From Cycas panzhihuaensis (lineage: Eukaryota > Plantae > Cycadophyta): a DNA stretch of 64,000 nt. The notes beneath the pieces are model-generated. The model had not been told where the DNA came from, did not search any database, and saw only the letters and a list, made by a program, of their open reading frames with translations. Position numbers and translations under genes: made by a program. The stretch lies in assembly GCA_023213395.1 (NCBI GenBank), contig CM041465.1:123325741-123389740 (forward strand), read 5' to 3'. Of the stretch, positions 48,600 through 62,227 are shown one piece after another; the stretch's first letter is position 1; every line of letters begins with the position of its first letter.

Positions 48600-51500
48600 A
48601 TCCCCTCTCAGGGATAAGATGATTAAGACCCAGGTTTGCACGAATCTTGTTGAAGTGATCCTCAGTAAGAGATTTGGTGAACATGTTCGCAAGTTACTCC
48701 TCGCTTGGACAAAACTTGACCTGCGTCTTCCCTGATTTGATCAACTCACAGATGTAATTGTGTTGAATTTCGATGTGTTTTGTACGTGCGTGAAGCTCTA
48801 GATTCTTTGAAAGTCAAATAGCACTTTGATTGCCACTATGTATAATATGTGGGCTAGATGATACTTCAATAGTCTCTAAAAGTCCCTGCAACCATACAAC
48901 TTTCCCCGCACCAACACTTAGTCCTTGATACTCAGCCTCTATAGAAGACAAGGCCATGGTGGATTGTTTTTTAGATTGCCATAAAGATAAACCCATTGCC
49001 AATACTAAAAATGTAACCAGTAGTTCCCACCCCAAGCAACATCTATATAGCCATGCAAATTTTCCTCTCTACCATGAAGGTATTCAAGGCCAAGATTGAG
49101 TGTACCCTAACATATTTCAAAATCCTCTTTGCTGCATCTAAATGTGACGCTTGGGGATTTTGCATATAACGAAATACTAATCCAACAACATTAACAATAT
49201 AAGACCTAGTATGAGTTAAGTAAATCAAACTCCCTATTAATTGTCGATATAATGTCCCATCTATAGCTGGTTTATCCATATTCTTTAGAAGCTTTATGCC
49301 TTTCATACATGGTGTCTTCGCTGGTTTGCAATCCTTCATCCCAAATCTCTCAAGTAGGGATTGAGCATACCTCATTTGTAACGTCATGATATGATCATCC
49401 ATCTGCCTGATCTTGATGCTTAAGAAGTGATGAAGATGACCAAGATCTGTCATATCAAATGTATGACCCAAATAGGCCATTATATCTGCAATAGTACTGC
49501 TACAATTATCTATAATAATAAGATCATCAACATACAAGACAATAAGAACTATTGAAGAACCACTCTTTCTAATATAAAGGCTTGGCTCTAATTTTGTTGT
49601 CGTAAAACTATCTTCCTTCAATCTAGCATCAATCTTTTTATACCAAGCATACTAAATGCTCCTAATCGTCCTTCACAAACCAAGAAGTTGGGCCATGTAA
49701 ATCTCCTCTATCAAGACCCTGTGTAGGAATTCAAACTTTATGTCCATTTGATGTAACTCCCAATCAAATGTAGCTGCTAAAGAAAGGATCAATTAGACCG
49801 TTGACATCTTAAAGACCAGTGCAAAAGTCTTCTCATAATTGATTCCTTCTTTTTGTCTGAAACCTTGCACCATAAGTCTTGCCTTATACTTGTCTACTTC
49901 TCCATTGGAGTGATACTTTACCTTGTAGACCCACTTGCAATTGACTAGGTTCTTGGAGGGAGGGAACATAATCAAATCCAATGTATCATTCTTTATGAGT
50001 GAACTATATTCTTCTTCCATTGCAACTTTTTATTGTAGATCTTCTTTTGCTTCCTCAAACAAAATGAAATGGTTGGAATCATTGGTGTTCATCACTAAAG
50101 CCTGATTAGTATGTTCACTCCTTATTGTTCGACCATTCTCTAGATCCTCAATCGTCACACCAGAGTCTTCAATGGTTCTCCTTGCCCATAGCAGAACACA
50201 GAGTGTAGACTGTATTTATTCTTGTAACGTCTCCTCTATATTACTTCCACTAGGTCTTGCTTCTATCTCAACCTGAGTGCTAGGCTCATATACCTATAAA
50301 CCTATTGAATTACGACTTGGAAATGACAGAAGTAGAGGGTAAAATGTATCTTTAGATGACCTGTTAACATGATATGTTATAGACTCATCAAACCTAACAT
50401 CCCGCCTAATTAAAATTTTCTCTCCTTGAAGATTCTAAAGTGTGTAAGCTTTACTCTCTTGGGAGTACCCCACAAAAATGCACTTCAAACACTTACGATC
50501 CAACTTTTATCAACTTTTGTCTGTGATGTGTGCATAGGTAATGCGCCTAGATACCTTAAAATAGTTAATAGAAGGTTTTTGACTGATCCAACATTCTTCA
50601 GGAGTCATGCCACGAACAACCTTAGTAGGGATCCTATTCAAAATATAAATGGTTGTTGCCATAGCTTTTGCCCAAAACTTGGGAGGCAAACCCTTACCAT
50701 GCACTATACACCTCACCATTTCCATCATGGTATGATTTTTTCTTTCGACTACACCATTTTACTATGGGGTATACAGAACAATCAACTCCCTTTTGATACC
50801 ATGAGTAAGGCAGAACTGATTAAAGACATTATTATCATACTCCTTTCCATTATTACTTCTTAAAATCTTTATTTCCGTACCACATTCATTCTTAACACAA
50901 GCTTTCCATTTACAAAATCTATCAAATACATCATACATATTCTTCAAAAAGAATACTCAAGTTTTTCTATTGAAATTATCTACAAACACAAACACATAAC
51001 GAGCTCCTGCATTAGAAGGATTCGGTAATGGGCCCCTCAAATTTGTATGGGTAAAGCTCTAACTTCTTTTTTGCCCTCTATGCACTATCTTTAATAAAAG
51101 GATAACGATGGTGTTTTTCATACATACATCCTTCACAAGTACCCTTTGAACATTGAATATGAGATAAACCAATTACCATCTTCAATTTATTCATTAGGTT
51201 GATGCTCCCATAGTTAAGATGACTCGACCTTTCATGCCATAACTTACTCATATCATTAGCACTAGCAACAAAATCATAAGAGTCCTATTGGGCTATAAAA
51301 TTTTCAAATATCCAACAATTATCCTGCACTTTCCTAGTAGCAACAATAGAGTAGGTTTTCTTTGGATATTTAATTAGGTATCTATCGTTATAAAGCTCAT
51401 TTTTTACACCTTGCTTGCAGATTTTCTAGGTTGAAAGAAGATTTAGCTTCATTTGGGGTACGTAATAAACACCATTGAATTTTTTACCTATAAGTGAGAC

Positions 51501-52494
51501 AATTCCAACACATTTTACATGCAAAACACGGGCATCTCTAAGAATCATGTTAGCATCACTTGAACTTTCATCCATGGCATCAAAGTTTTACTTTTGGTAG
51601 GTAATGTGTTTTTGAGCACCTGAATCTAGGTTCCAATAGTCTTTCTTTTTAGATGACATTGTTGAAATTCGAATACAATGTTCAACTACACTCTTCCCCT
51701 TCTTATCTTGGTTAACGCCTTGTACTTATCTCGTCTCTTGAACCAACAATTCCTTTCCCTATGGCCATCTTTCTTGCAACAATTACACTTACCCATGAAC
51801 TTCTTCTTCTCTCAAGAGGTCTCACCTGTTTTCTGTGTTAACGTGCCTTCTTGAACTACATCATTTTTTTGTATCTTCATTACCAAGGCCTGATCTGTAG
51901 TAGATCCACCAAGCACCCCATGGTGCTTCAATTTGGCATCTTCAGCTAAGATTAGGTTTTTCAGGGACTCAAAAGACTCATCTTTGATAACTTCATCACT
52001 ACCACAAATAGTTTGAAAAGTTGTAAATACAGTTGGCAACTTAGACATGATAATGGCAAACAACAAAGCATCATCTATTGAGTTTAATTTTAGCTCATTC
52101 AATCTATTCCTTAAATCAATAATATTGTTCAAGAAAGCACTAATATTGTTCTCGTGACCAGCTTTTACATTCAACAATTCCATCATGAGAGCAACACGAT
52201 GATTAGTCTTCTTCTTCTCAAACGTCTTACATAGTTTGGTCTAAATTGTGTGTAAGGTTTCAAAGTTGTGTACTACAACTCTTTGATTGGGGCCAAAGAT
52301 AACTTAAGTAAAATTATAACCATGAATTGTCTCTCCTCAACACATACACATTCTTTTTCATCTAAAGGCAAGCTGAATAAAGGTGACTTGGTGATCCTCC
52401 AAAGGTGGTTTACCATCAAAACAAATTCCATGTTTTCCTTTCACTTGTTAAAATTATTCCCATTGAAGGTAACTAACGGGCCTAATTTCTCCAT
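48600..52494 (-). pseudogene. Disrupted gag-pol of Copia C
   Basis: MEKLGPLVTFNGNNF start; ILRSNNGKEY and LPPKFWA..TIYILNR (integrase); CKWVYKVKY..KYKARL and VLYVDDLII (RT); SKKQSTMALSSIEAEY (RNase H). Confidence 0.9.
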
Positions 52495-52920
52495 GGCTTA
52501 ACATAATGACAACTAAACAACTCAAAATTAACCTTTACCAAGCAAATTTCTCATGAATAGTAGACTCTTTAATCACCCAACATGCAATGGAAAACTGATC
52601 CAATTGACAAAATCAAGCCAAAGAATTGTTGAAAAAAGAACCACTTTGAACACGAAAGACCTTAGATCTGATTGTAACAATATCATAAAACAACACTATT
52701 CTGAATCAATGTAATCAATGCATTGAATGTCTCTCTTATCACCTAATCAACACCTCATACAAAAATCATTAAAGTAACTCCTTTATTGATGAATAACGCA
52801 CAAATTCACTTCACTATTTCAACACAATATATACATGCCAATAATCTCTAGTTCAATCACTCAATATCAGCAATATCAACTCGAATTTAGACCTTAATCA
52901 TCTTTAAATAATCACTTTAG

Positions 52921-53066
52921 AAATCTTAAAAATATAAGGCTGATAAACTAGTGAAAGACAAATAAAAACGTACTTTATTAAAGGTATCCTGGTAAATCTT
53001 AAAAATATAACACTGATAAACTATTGAAAGACAAATAAAAAGGTACTTTATTAAAGGTATCTTGGT
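52921..53066. repeat. ~73-bp tandem dimer in the long 5' UTR of Copia C
   Basis: AAATCTTAAAAATATAA..CTGATAAACTA.TGAAAGACAAATAAAAA.GTACTTTATTAAAGGTATC.TGGT occurs twice. Confidence 0.85.
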
Positions 53067-56000
53067 AACCTTTAATCAACACGATTTAATATGAATAACG
53101 CAATATAAAAAACGTGATTATAAAGGCACATTGATATCAAATATTGAGATGTGAATGTATTTATAAAGTCACAACATTAATAATATATAAAAGTCGACTT
53201 TATAAACAAAGAATGGCGATCACAAAATGGTAGTTGCATGATGAGAATATGTAGAGCAAAACTTGTGGGTACGAGTAATAATCAAAGACGCCAATATGAA
53301 AAATATTAGCGCAAAAATATTACTACTTGCGTAGCAAAAATATTACTTGAGGGGTTGCGTATTTGTGTCTGCAAAATGTAGCGGGCATCAATACATGACT
53401 GGGTAAGTGCAATTACAGCTTTGTAAGAGCACTAAGACAACTTATGAGATTGCTCGTGAGTTATATTACCGCTCTATCAGGGATTGCCACTATATGGCTC
53501 GCAAATAATACATATGGCTCTAATATATTTGTCAAGATGCAGATATATTAAGAATAATGCATATATTAAAGGCGATAGAGTATATAGTTGAGATAGAAAT
53601 GGGAGCATGGCAATATGTACGACAAAAATTGTCTCCAAAAGGAATCCAGGGAGGCATATACCACATAAACAATAGGAGGTGACAAGATACTATAGTGGGC
53701 AGTTAGTAACCTTCAGATTTGATGGCCATAGACAAATACATAGAGAAATATAACTGCCTACAAGACATTCATTAAGTTTAAAGAAAACTAGAGACTTCTA
53801 TAAGTATGCAAGGCAAGAATAGATATAAAGTGCAGAGTGCATATATAATAGCTATTGGAGGACAAGGAGGTAAAAATGATAAAAAAATGAGAGGAATACT
53901 TTTGGAAGGGGTCACATGACATCTACAATCTTTGTAACTTCTTTAAGGTTAATTTGACTTAAATTCTTCATCAAACACCCAATTCAACTGGCAACAACGC
54001 TGCACCCACTCTTTACACAGCTCCAAGCATCAATAAGCTCAAGCAAATAAATAACGAAACCAAACAGGAGGTTTGCACACGATTATAACACCCTACGACT
54101 CATCCAGTGGCTGTGTACTACCACGGGCTCTGATACCATGTTAGAAACAATGAATATGTAGATTGTTTGTGTATACACCATGTAAAGGAAGAAGTACACA
54201 AAGCAAATTTTGTGGAAAACTTGATAAAAGACCCATCACCGAATATAGATCACATTGAAATAGAATATATCAAAGTACAAATGGACTTCAGATATATATA
54301 GATCCGTAAGTACCACAATATCCAAATATTTATATCCATCGGCCCAAATATAAAATATAAGATTCACACACACTATTAATCCTCATTTCCATTAGTTGGA
54401 TAAGACTTTTTTAGTAATTATAAATGGCCTATACATACTATATATAAAACTAAACAGAATAATAATCCTATTTAATGTGATACATGTGAGGTGAGAATTG
54501 TAATACCAATTAACTCATCACTCATAAAATATAAAATAATCCTACACTAATATAATATAAAAATTAAAGAGAAGATCTATAACCTAAGGTTATGAACCAT
54601 AAATAAACATTAATATCTAACACTCTTCCTTAATGTTTAGTTCATTTTTTTAACAGGTAAACCATGCTTAAGAGTTTGGAATTTGTTATATGTCATAGAG
54701 GGTTTGGTAAATATGTTGGTCAGTTATTCCTTTGTAGGCTTGTATACCATCTATATCATACATTTCTAAATAAACTCTCAAATAAAGTGATGGTGCACCT
54801 CAATATATTTAATGTGAGCATGGAACATAGGATTTTTGGCAATCTGCAAACTACTTTGATTATCACAGTATAAGATGGTTTGTTCTAATTGTTGTAGTAC
54901 TATGCTCTTTAAAATTTAACATGACCAAATGGCTTTTGTAGCTATCGTAACTATAGCCTTATATTGTGCTTTAGTAGAAGATACAACAATATTTGATTAT
55001 TTTTTGCTATTTCATGTGATAACAGTTAAACCAATACTGAAATAATACTCAAAAGTTGACCTTTTATTATTTACAAATTAAGTCTAATCAAAATCTATCA
55101 ATCTTATCAATTTTAAATTATTGTTATACTAGAATTTGACTCCATAGTGAATTGTCCTTTTCAAGTATTTGAGAATTCTTTTTGTAGCTTTCTAGTGACT
55201 TTGTTTTGGTGTTGCCATGAACTCGGGTAATATTTCATTTGCATAAGATAGATCAGGTTTGGTAGTGATTGAGTAAATTAGACTTCCCACCGATTGCCTA
55301 TACAATGTAGAATCAACATCTACTCCACCATATTTTGTTGTTAATATGAAAGCTATCTCCATGGAGGTAGGTGCAAGTTTACAATCTTCTATTATGAATT
55401 TCTTCAGAATTTTCCAAGTATATTTTGCCTATGTTATGAAAACATGTTTAGGCCTCTTCCATACTTCCACTCCAAGAAAGTAGCGTAAAATTTATAGATC
55501 AATTATCTTAAAGTAAAGATTAAGATCTATCTTCAAGTATGATATCATATTAATATCAATACTTGTGATAAGTAAGTCATCAATATACAATAACATAAAT
55601 ATGATTTTATTATTCTCTACTTTAATGTACATGTTTAAGTTAGCTAGAAATCTCTCAAACCCATTATTCTAAATGTGTTGGTCAATTTTTTCATACCAAG
55701 CTCTAGGACCCTATTTTAGGCCATGTAAGGCCTTTTTGAGTTAACATACCAAGTGCTTGTGTCTTTTTTTAATGAAGCTAGTGGTTATTCCATGTACACT
55801 TCTTCATTTAAATCTTTATTAAAAAATGTGTTTTTCATATCCATTTGGTGTACTTACCAATTAAATTGTATAGATATTACCATAATGAATTAAATAGCAT
55901 TCATCCTTTCAAAAGAAGTGAATGTCTCTTAATAGTCAATCCCTTCTTGTTGTTTAAAGACTTTTGCAACAAGTCGTGCTTTATACCTGTCTATAGATCC

Positions 56001-58492
56001 ATCGGATTTGAACTTGATTATGTAGATACATTTTTATCCAATTGCTTACTTGCTAATAGGTAATTCTATCAAGTCCCATGTGTGGTTTCTCTTAATTTCT
56101 TGGATTTCAACCTCTATTACATCATACCACTTCTTCTCTTTTAAGTGCTTCTTTACTTGTGGATGGTTTGTTTACATCTAACACATATTCCATAAGTGTC
56201 ATATTTACATGTTCAGATGGTTATATTTTTTGTTTTTGCTTTCCCTCACATTCTGGTATCATTTGCTTATTCTCATGGTTTTCAAATACCATTTTGGAAG
56301 TTTTTTCTTTGATGATGAAGGTGAATGCTTTATACCTGATAGTTTTTTTAGCTTAAACTTTAACTTTAGCTTAGCCTTTAGCTTTTGCTCAAAATTAGAT
56401 GCTAGAAGTTTGAATGATTCTAATTTTGCCACTTCAGCAATATTAAATGATTTATATATTGGTTGGATAATGCCATGTGAAGAACTATCTTTAGGTAACT
56501 CCTCAACCTAGTCTTCAACATCAATTGGACTAACATCCTGAGTCTCATCTTCTTGAAAGACCACATAATGAGTTATGAGAACTTTTTGAGTTAACAACTG
56601 CTATACCATGTAAGCTTTATTTTTCTTAAAGTAATTAACAAGGATGTATTTTGTGCTTTTGTCATACAACTTATATCATTTCTCCTTAGGAATATACATA
56701 TATGTTGTACACCTAAAAATTCTATGATGACTCACAATTGGTTTTCTACCTAACTAAGCCTCATTAGGTGTTATATTTCTAGCAACCCTGATAATGCTTT
56801 TGTTTGTTAGACATATGACTTTATTAACAAGTTATGTCTATAAGAAATTTGTTATATCCTTGCATTGTATCATTGCTTTAGCTTCTTTGACTAGAGTTTC
56901 ATTCATCCTCTTAGCAACTTTATTTTGTTGAGATGTATAGACAATAACAAATTGCCTCTTGATCCCATGATCCTTGTAGAATTATATGAATATGTTTGAG
57001 GCGTATTCTCCACCATTGTTAGTTCATAGGACGTTAATTTTTAGGCCACTTTCATTTTCCACCATCTCCTTGAACTATTTAAAGTTGATCAAATCTTATG
57101 ACTTTTCCTTCAATGGAAAATCCCAAACTTTTCCTAAAAATCCATTGATGAAAGTAATGGAATATCTTGCTCCACCTAGAAAGAGAACAAACATTGGTCC
57201 ATAAAATTTGAGTGAACTAATCCTAGCTTCTCTTTGGCTTTGTATACCTTCTTTTTTAGAAAGGGATCTCTGTGTTTTTCTCCAAAGATATAAGGCTCAT
57301 ACAAACAACCTTTACTATTTATCATGGGAAGATAATATATCATTGTTAGTTTATACATCAATTAGAGACTGGTGTAGTTTAGATAACCCATGTGTTCATA
57401 CCATAACTTCTGTTTAGGAGATATAAATAGGAACTCTATTTATATATGAGTGTCATAATAGCTTATATAAGTTATTTTCCCTGAGACCCTTAGCTATAAC
57501 ATTATTTTATTTATTTCTGATCACGCACTTTCCTCGAGCAAACATTATAGTCATGTCTTGTTCAATTTTCTCAATTGAAACAAGGTCAGCCTTTAAATTT
57601 AGTACATATTAAACATTGTCTAAATATTGTTGTTCTCTATTTAACATGATTATTAGAACTTTTTCTACTTTTATTGTCTCCAAATCAATATTATTGTTAA
57701 TCGTGTCCTTTTGATGTATTTCGCACATCTGAAAGAACCATTCAATCCTTCTAGTTATATGTTGTGATGTACAAAAATTGATGAATCAAACATCTTATGC
57801 ATCTAAACTATTGTGTATGCTACAATAAACAATCATTTTGAAATCTCTACAAGAGAGTTGTTTGTTGTATTTAAGATGTAATCACATTACTCGAGTCGTT
57901 ATTGTTATCATTGTTGTTGTTGCCTCTGCCACTATGGTTATTATTATTGTTGTTGATGCTACTAATGTTACTATTCCTAATAATCCTTTTCAAGGTGGCC
58001 CAATTTCCTATATTGATAATACTTTAGCCTATATTGTCCCTTCGAGCCTCTTTATTTATCCTTTTAAACTATAGGTTTTTAAGGCACATTTTTCTTCAGA
58101 ACAAAGGACCTTTTCCCTTTTGATCGAGATGACAGTGTTTTAGATGACTCTTTATACATATATTGTAGCTTATGTTCATGTTCCATAAGCAATAATTTCA
58201 AAGATCCAATTGTAAGAGTGGATAATTTATCTACTAATATTGGAGTAGTTGTGAAAATTTCATAATAAGATGGTAAACTTCTCAATATGTAGGCAATGAT
58301 TTTAGAATTAGGAACTATCTTGCCTATGGTCACTAATTAATCCTGAATGGATCTCACATGTTACATACGGTCTACTACGTTCCTAGTGATCTTCAAATTA
58401 TGTAATTATCTCCATAGATTAAGAGCTCTTGTATCGTCCTTATGCTTTAATAGATTTACCATAATGTCCTATATCTACTCTGGTGTCATCGC

Positions 58493-61400
58493 TGTTAAAA
58501 CATAATATTTAATGTGGGCTCATTATACATATGCACTTCCCACCATTCACCTATTTTGAGATATATGAGATGCACACATATCCATGCCATTTCTTTATTG
58601 GATGATGTAATAACTCATTATATTAGGTAGGCTACTCATGAGGTGATTTTCACATTATATATGTACACTTACCACTTTAGAATTTGAGAAAGAAGAGCAA
58701 GGAGAGAGGAGAAAGATGTAAACCTTATGATCATAAACGAAGTCCTAACTCCACCTTCTTCCATGACTTTTCACATAATGGGTTTTTCACATATAAATCT
58801 TGTTGTCTTGTGGTGATTATGCTTGTTGATACTTACTTTATATATTTGATATTTTATGTGTACACATTCATGAGTTTATTATTATTACATCTATTATTTT
58901 AACATGGTATTAGACCAATTCTGGTACCCTATTTTTAACCTGGTATCAGGGCATTTCTGGTACTTATTTTAACATGGAATCAGAGTAGTTTTGGTACCCT
59001 ATTTTCAACATGGTATCGGAGCAGTGTTGTATCCAAGCCACTATGGTGAGGTGAAGATCTTACTAATTTAGATTCAAGCCTATCGAGTCTATCACAGGAG
59101 CCATTTATGAAGTATTTTTTGATGAGCCAATATATGCATATGCCAGTGATATACACAATTGATTACATGGTAGATGAAGTCAGTCAAGCTACATACAGGA
59201 CATATATTATCGATACTCATGGTATGCTAATATGTTGATTTTATATGAACATTTTGTTTACGCATGTTGGGCCCTATATTCAAAGCATTTTGGTACTCAA
59301 ATTAGTCCATACGATATTATATTCCATTCATAATGAAGGCTTTTATGAGTGTCCCTTAATGGATTCGCTATCACTCATGGACTATTCTGAAGGCATTTGT
59401 GAGTATCTCACAATGAAATTCACTACTAGAATGAGAACACTCCATCAATACACAGGTAACAGGCTCATACAATAGTATGTTAACAGGTTACAGATAGTTT
59501 GTGACAACATAAAAGGTATATAGAAGATCTTATTTTAGTATGAAATGCTTGAGACATGAAATATAAGGATATGATTATATTTTATAGATGGCTTTATATA
59601 AGGACACTTAGGTTATGACTAAATGTCAAACCCTAAAAGATGGTACATAGATATAATATAGGCTTGAATAAATTGATGGCTATATGTAAACATTTTATTG
59701 TCTATTTTATTTGTTAGGATGAATACTTTAGACATGTTTTGCAGCTGAAGTTTGTGTAATGGGCATATTATATATGAAAAATCTATATACATCCATATCA
59801 GTGGCTATTGGATCCCATTGATTGTTGGTTATTTGTACTTCATTTAAGCTGATGTTAAAACAACTACTCAATTTGATGTGCTCTAGTCGTACTTACCCTA
59901 CACCATAATTACGATGCCTACTATCATTCCCTTCAGTCTCAGATTGAATACAGTTGCATTAAGAACTTTTACCATAGAGGAAACACAAGGTAAACCCTAC
60001 TGTCATATAGTCATTGATCAAGCCACAAATAGGCATTACCCTATGTGAGCTGGCCCTATCATCACACGACATGCTCTTACACTCAGCCTACCACGCATCA
60101 TGCACAGAGGAGACTAGTTTATAGCAATGAATTGTAACCTACCACAAATCACGCTCAGATTGTAAAGAGTTACTGAGATAGAAAGAATGAATGGTCGATC
60201 AAGATCCTAGAAGAAATTCTCTAATTGAAAATAGCTGGCTGATGATACACAAATAAATCGCTATACTATCGCCTATTTTACATGTAGCTATGTAGGTGCC
60301 ATCATTGCACATAATCGATACATGAAATCTGAGCATGAAGATTGATTCACTCGCATCTGTAATATTGCCATCACACCCAACAGAGATTATCCAGTTGAAG
60401 AAACTGAAACCAAATCCACTTGCAGTTGATCTCTTTATTTTTTAGTCACCTATGGAGCCCACACAAATTTGCCTACCTATAGTTGAAACACGAAGAAGAG
60501 AACACTGTTATATTAAATCTTCATTCATTCAAAATTTTATTATGCACACGCAGGAGGAATTTTTGATAACCCTAAAAAAGATTACATTTAGTTTTTCAGA
60601 TTTAATTAGATTTCATAATCATTTCAAATCCTATTTTAGCCTCTTGCACATTAATAGGTGGTCACATGGAATGCCTATACGACCAGGGGCTAAACTATTA
60701 TGGGACCAGACTCCAAAATGGAGTTAACAAAATTGAATAATTTTTGTTTTTTCAAATTTTATATTTGAAATTTGATAAAATTTTGGATCCATTTCCATTT
60801 TCTTAAGGATCACACAATTTTTCTTGGGCTATTAACACGTTTTGCTATATAACTCATCACTCGTGTATCAAAATTAGATGTCGTTTATTGAGTTAGAAAG
60901 CAGACTTTAAGACTGTCACAATGAGTGGTCACACGACCTATTTTGGGCAGTAGAAGATAGAGAAAATTTAGGGTAAAGTTGATATAAAGGCTTCAAATTT
61001 TATTTTGGATGAATTCCATATCAGCTTTCAAAAAAATTTCAGTCAATTCTAATGTTTTCTATGCTTCCAATCATGATAACAAACTCATTTTTAATGAATG
61101 GTGGATGAAAATTAGAGTTTGGTTTAAAATCAAGTAGTTTAAGGCCTATTTATGATATTTTAAGGTCCATTTCAGTTGAAAACATTCATTAAGTGAGAAA
61201 GATTTGATGAAATTATGACATAAGACATTCTTGTTATGCTGATCTTTTATTTCCCCCTTGGAAACATCACATTTGGTTTAGCGGATGACAAAACCCCTAA
61301 CCAAACATATAGATCATCTGGTTATTGAAGCAGTTTTTGTTATCTAGTTAGATGTTAAGTACATTTGCCTTGTTATAGTTAATTTGCCATGGCCAGGTAG

Positions 61401-62227
61401 TTCAGCCTATTACTAGAGTTGATTGTTCAAGATGATCTAGCTGTCAACATGATCTAGCTGATAAAATTTTGACACAACTCACCAATTATGTTGGTTCTAC
61501 AACCAATTTGGAAGGATGATGAACCATGTATCTGAAGCAATTTCCTAGTGAACCGGTGATTACAACGGTTGGTCACCTATGTATTTTCGTAGAAAGATAT
61601 TGTTTTATATGGACTTAGATATCACTTTGCTTGATTCAATGGTTAACCTAATGTTGATCATCTAACTTAATGTAGATTGAAACAAGCCACCACACAAATA
61701 AAGATATGAAGATGTGCACAAAACTTTTCATATATGTTAGTTTTATAGGTTGATGATTGATGGAGATAAGTATATGGTTACAGGGTATAGATACAGTTAT
61801 AGGATATGTGTTATTTACAAGTTACAAGTGATACTACATATAGGATATAGATAGAGTTACAAGATACAAGATATTTACAAGTGGGTGATCCTATATACGT
61901 CATACAGAATACAGGTTATAGTTATAGTTTACAGGCTCCAACATATAAAATGAAGTCTTGAAGACTCAAAATAAAGATTCAAGGACATTAAATATTATGA
62001 GGGGTGCTAAAACATAATGTTTAATATGGGCTCATTGTACACATGTACTTCCTACCATTCACCTACTTTGAGATATGTGAGATGCACATATATCCATGCT
62101 ATCTCTTTATTGGATGGTGTAACAATTCGTTGTATTTGACATGCTACTCATGAGGTGATTTTCATTATATATATATACACTCACCACTTGAGAATTTGAG
62201 AAAGAAGAGCAAGGAGAGAGGAGAAAA
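58493..62227 (+). mobile_element. Non-autonomous (LARD-like) LTR element E; 3' LTR interrupted by element F
   Basis: 5' LTR 58493-58904 (TGTTAAAA...TTTTAACA). 3' LTR starts at 62005 after the PPT TGAGGGG and matches up to 62227. The 3.1-kb interior has no recognisable gag/pol motifs. Confidence 0.8.
58893..59022 (+). repeat. Four tandem ~36-bp units, each made of the LTR 3' end plus a tRNA-iMet PBS
   Basis: TTTTAACA-TGGTATTAGACC (58905), TTTTAACC-TGGTATCAGGGC (58941), TTTTAACA-TGGAATCAGAGT (58975), TTTCAACA-TGGTATCGGAGC (59011). Confidence 0.85.

Larger units (their letters stand above)
48252..54416 (-). mobile_element. Ty1/Copia element C, full-length and degenerate, with perfect TSD
   Basis: LTRs 48252-48528 and 54139-54416 (TGTTAGAAACAATGAATAT). 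PBS complement GCTCTGATACCA at 54127-54138; PPT complement TCCCCTCTT at 48529. TSD ATTAT at 48247-48251 and 54417-54421. Confidence 0.93.
48126..58492 (-). mobile_element. Old Ty1/Copia element D; 3' LTR split by element C, 5' end cut by element E
   Basis: LTR end TCTAACA at 54622 followed by PPT complement CTCTTCCTTAA. Degenerate RNase H, RT and integrase from 54640 to ~57500. Gag fragment 58079-58333 (YILRSLPSYYE). The left LTR boundary is uncertain. Confidence 0.65.
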
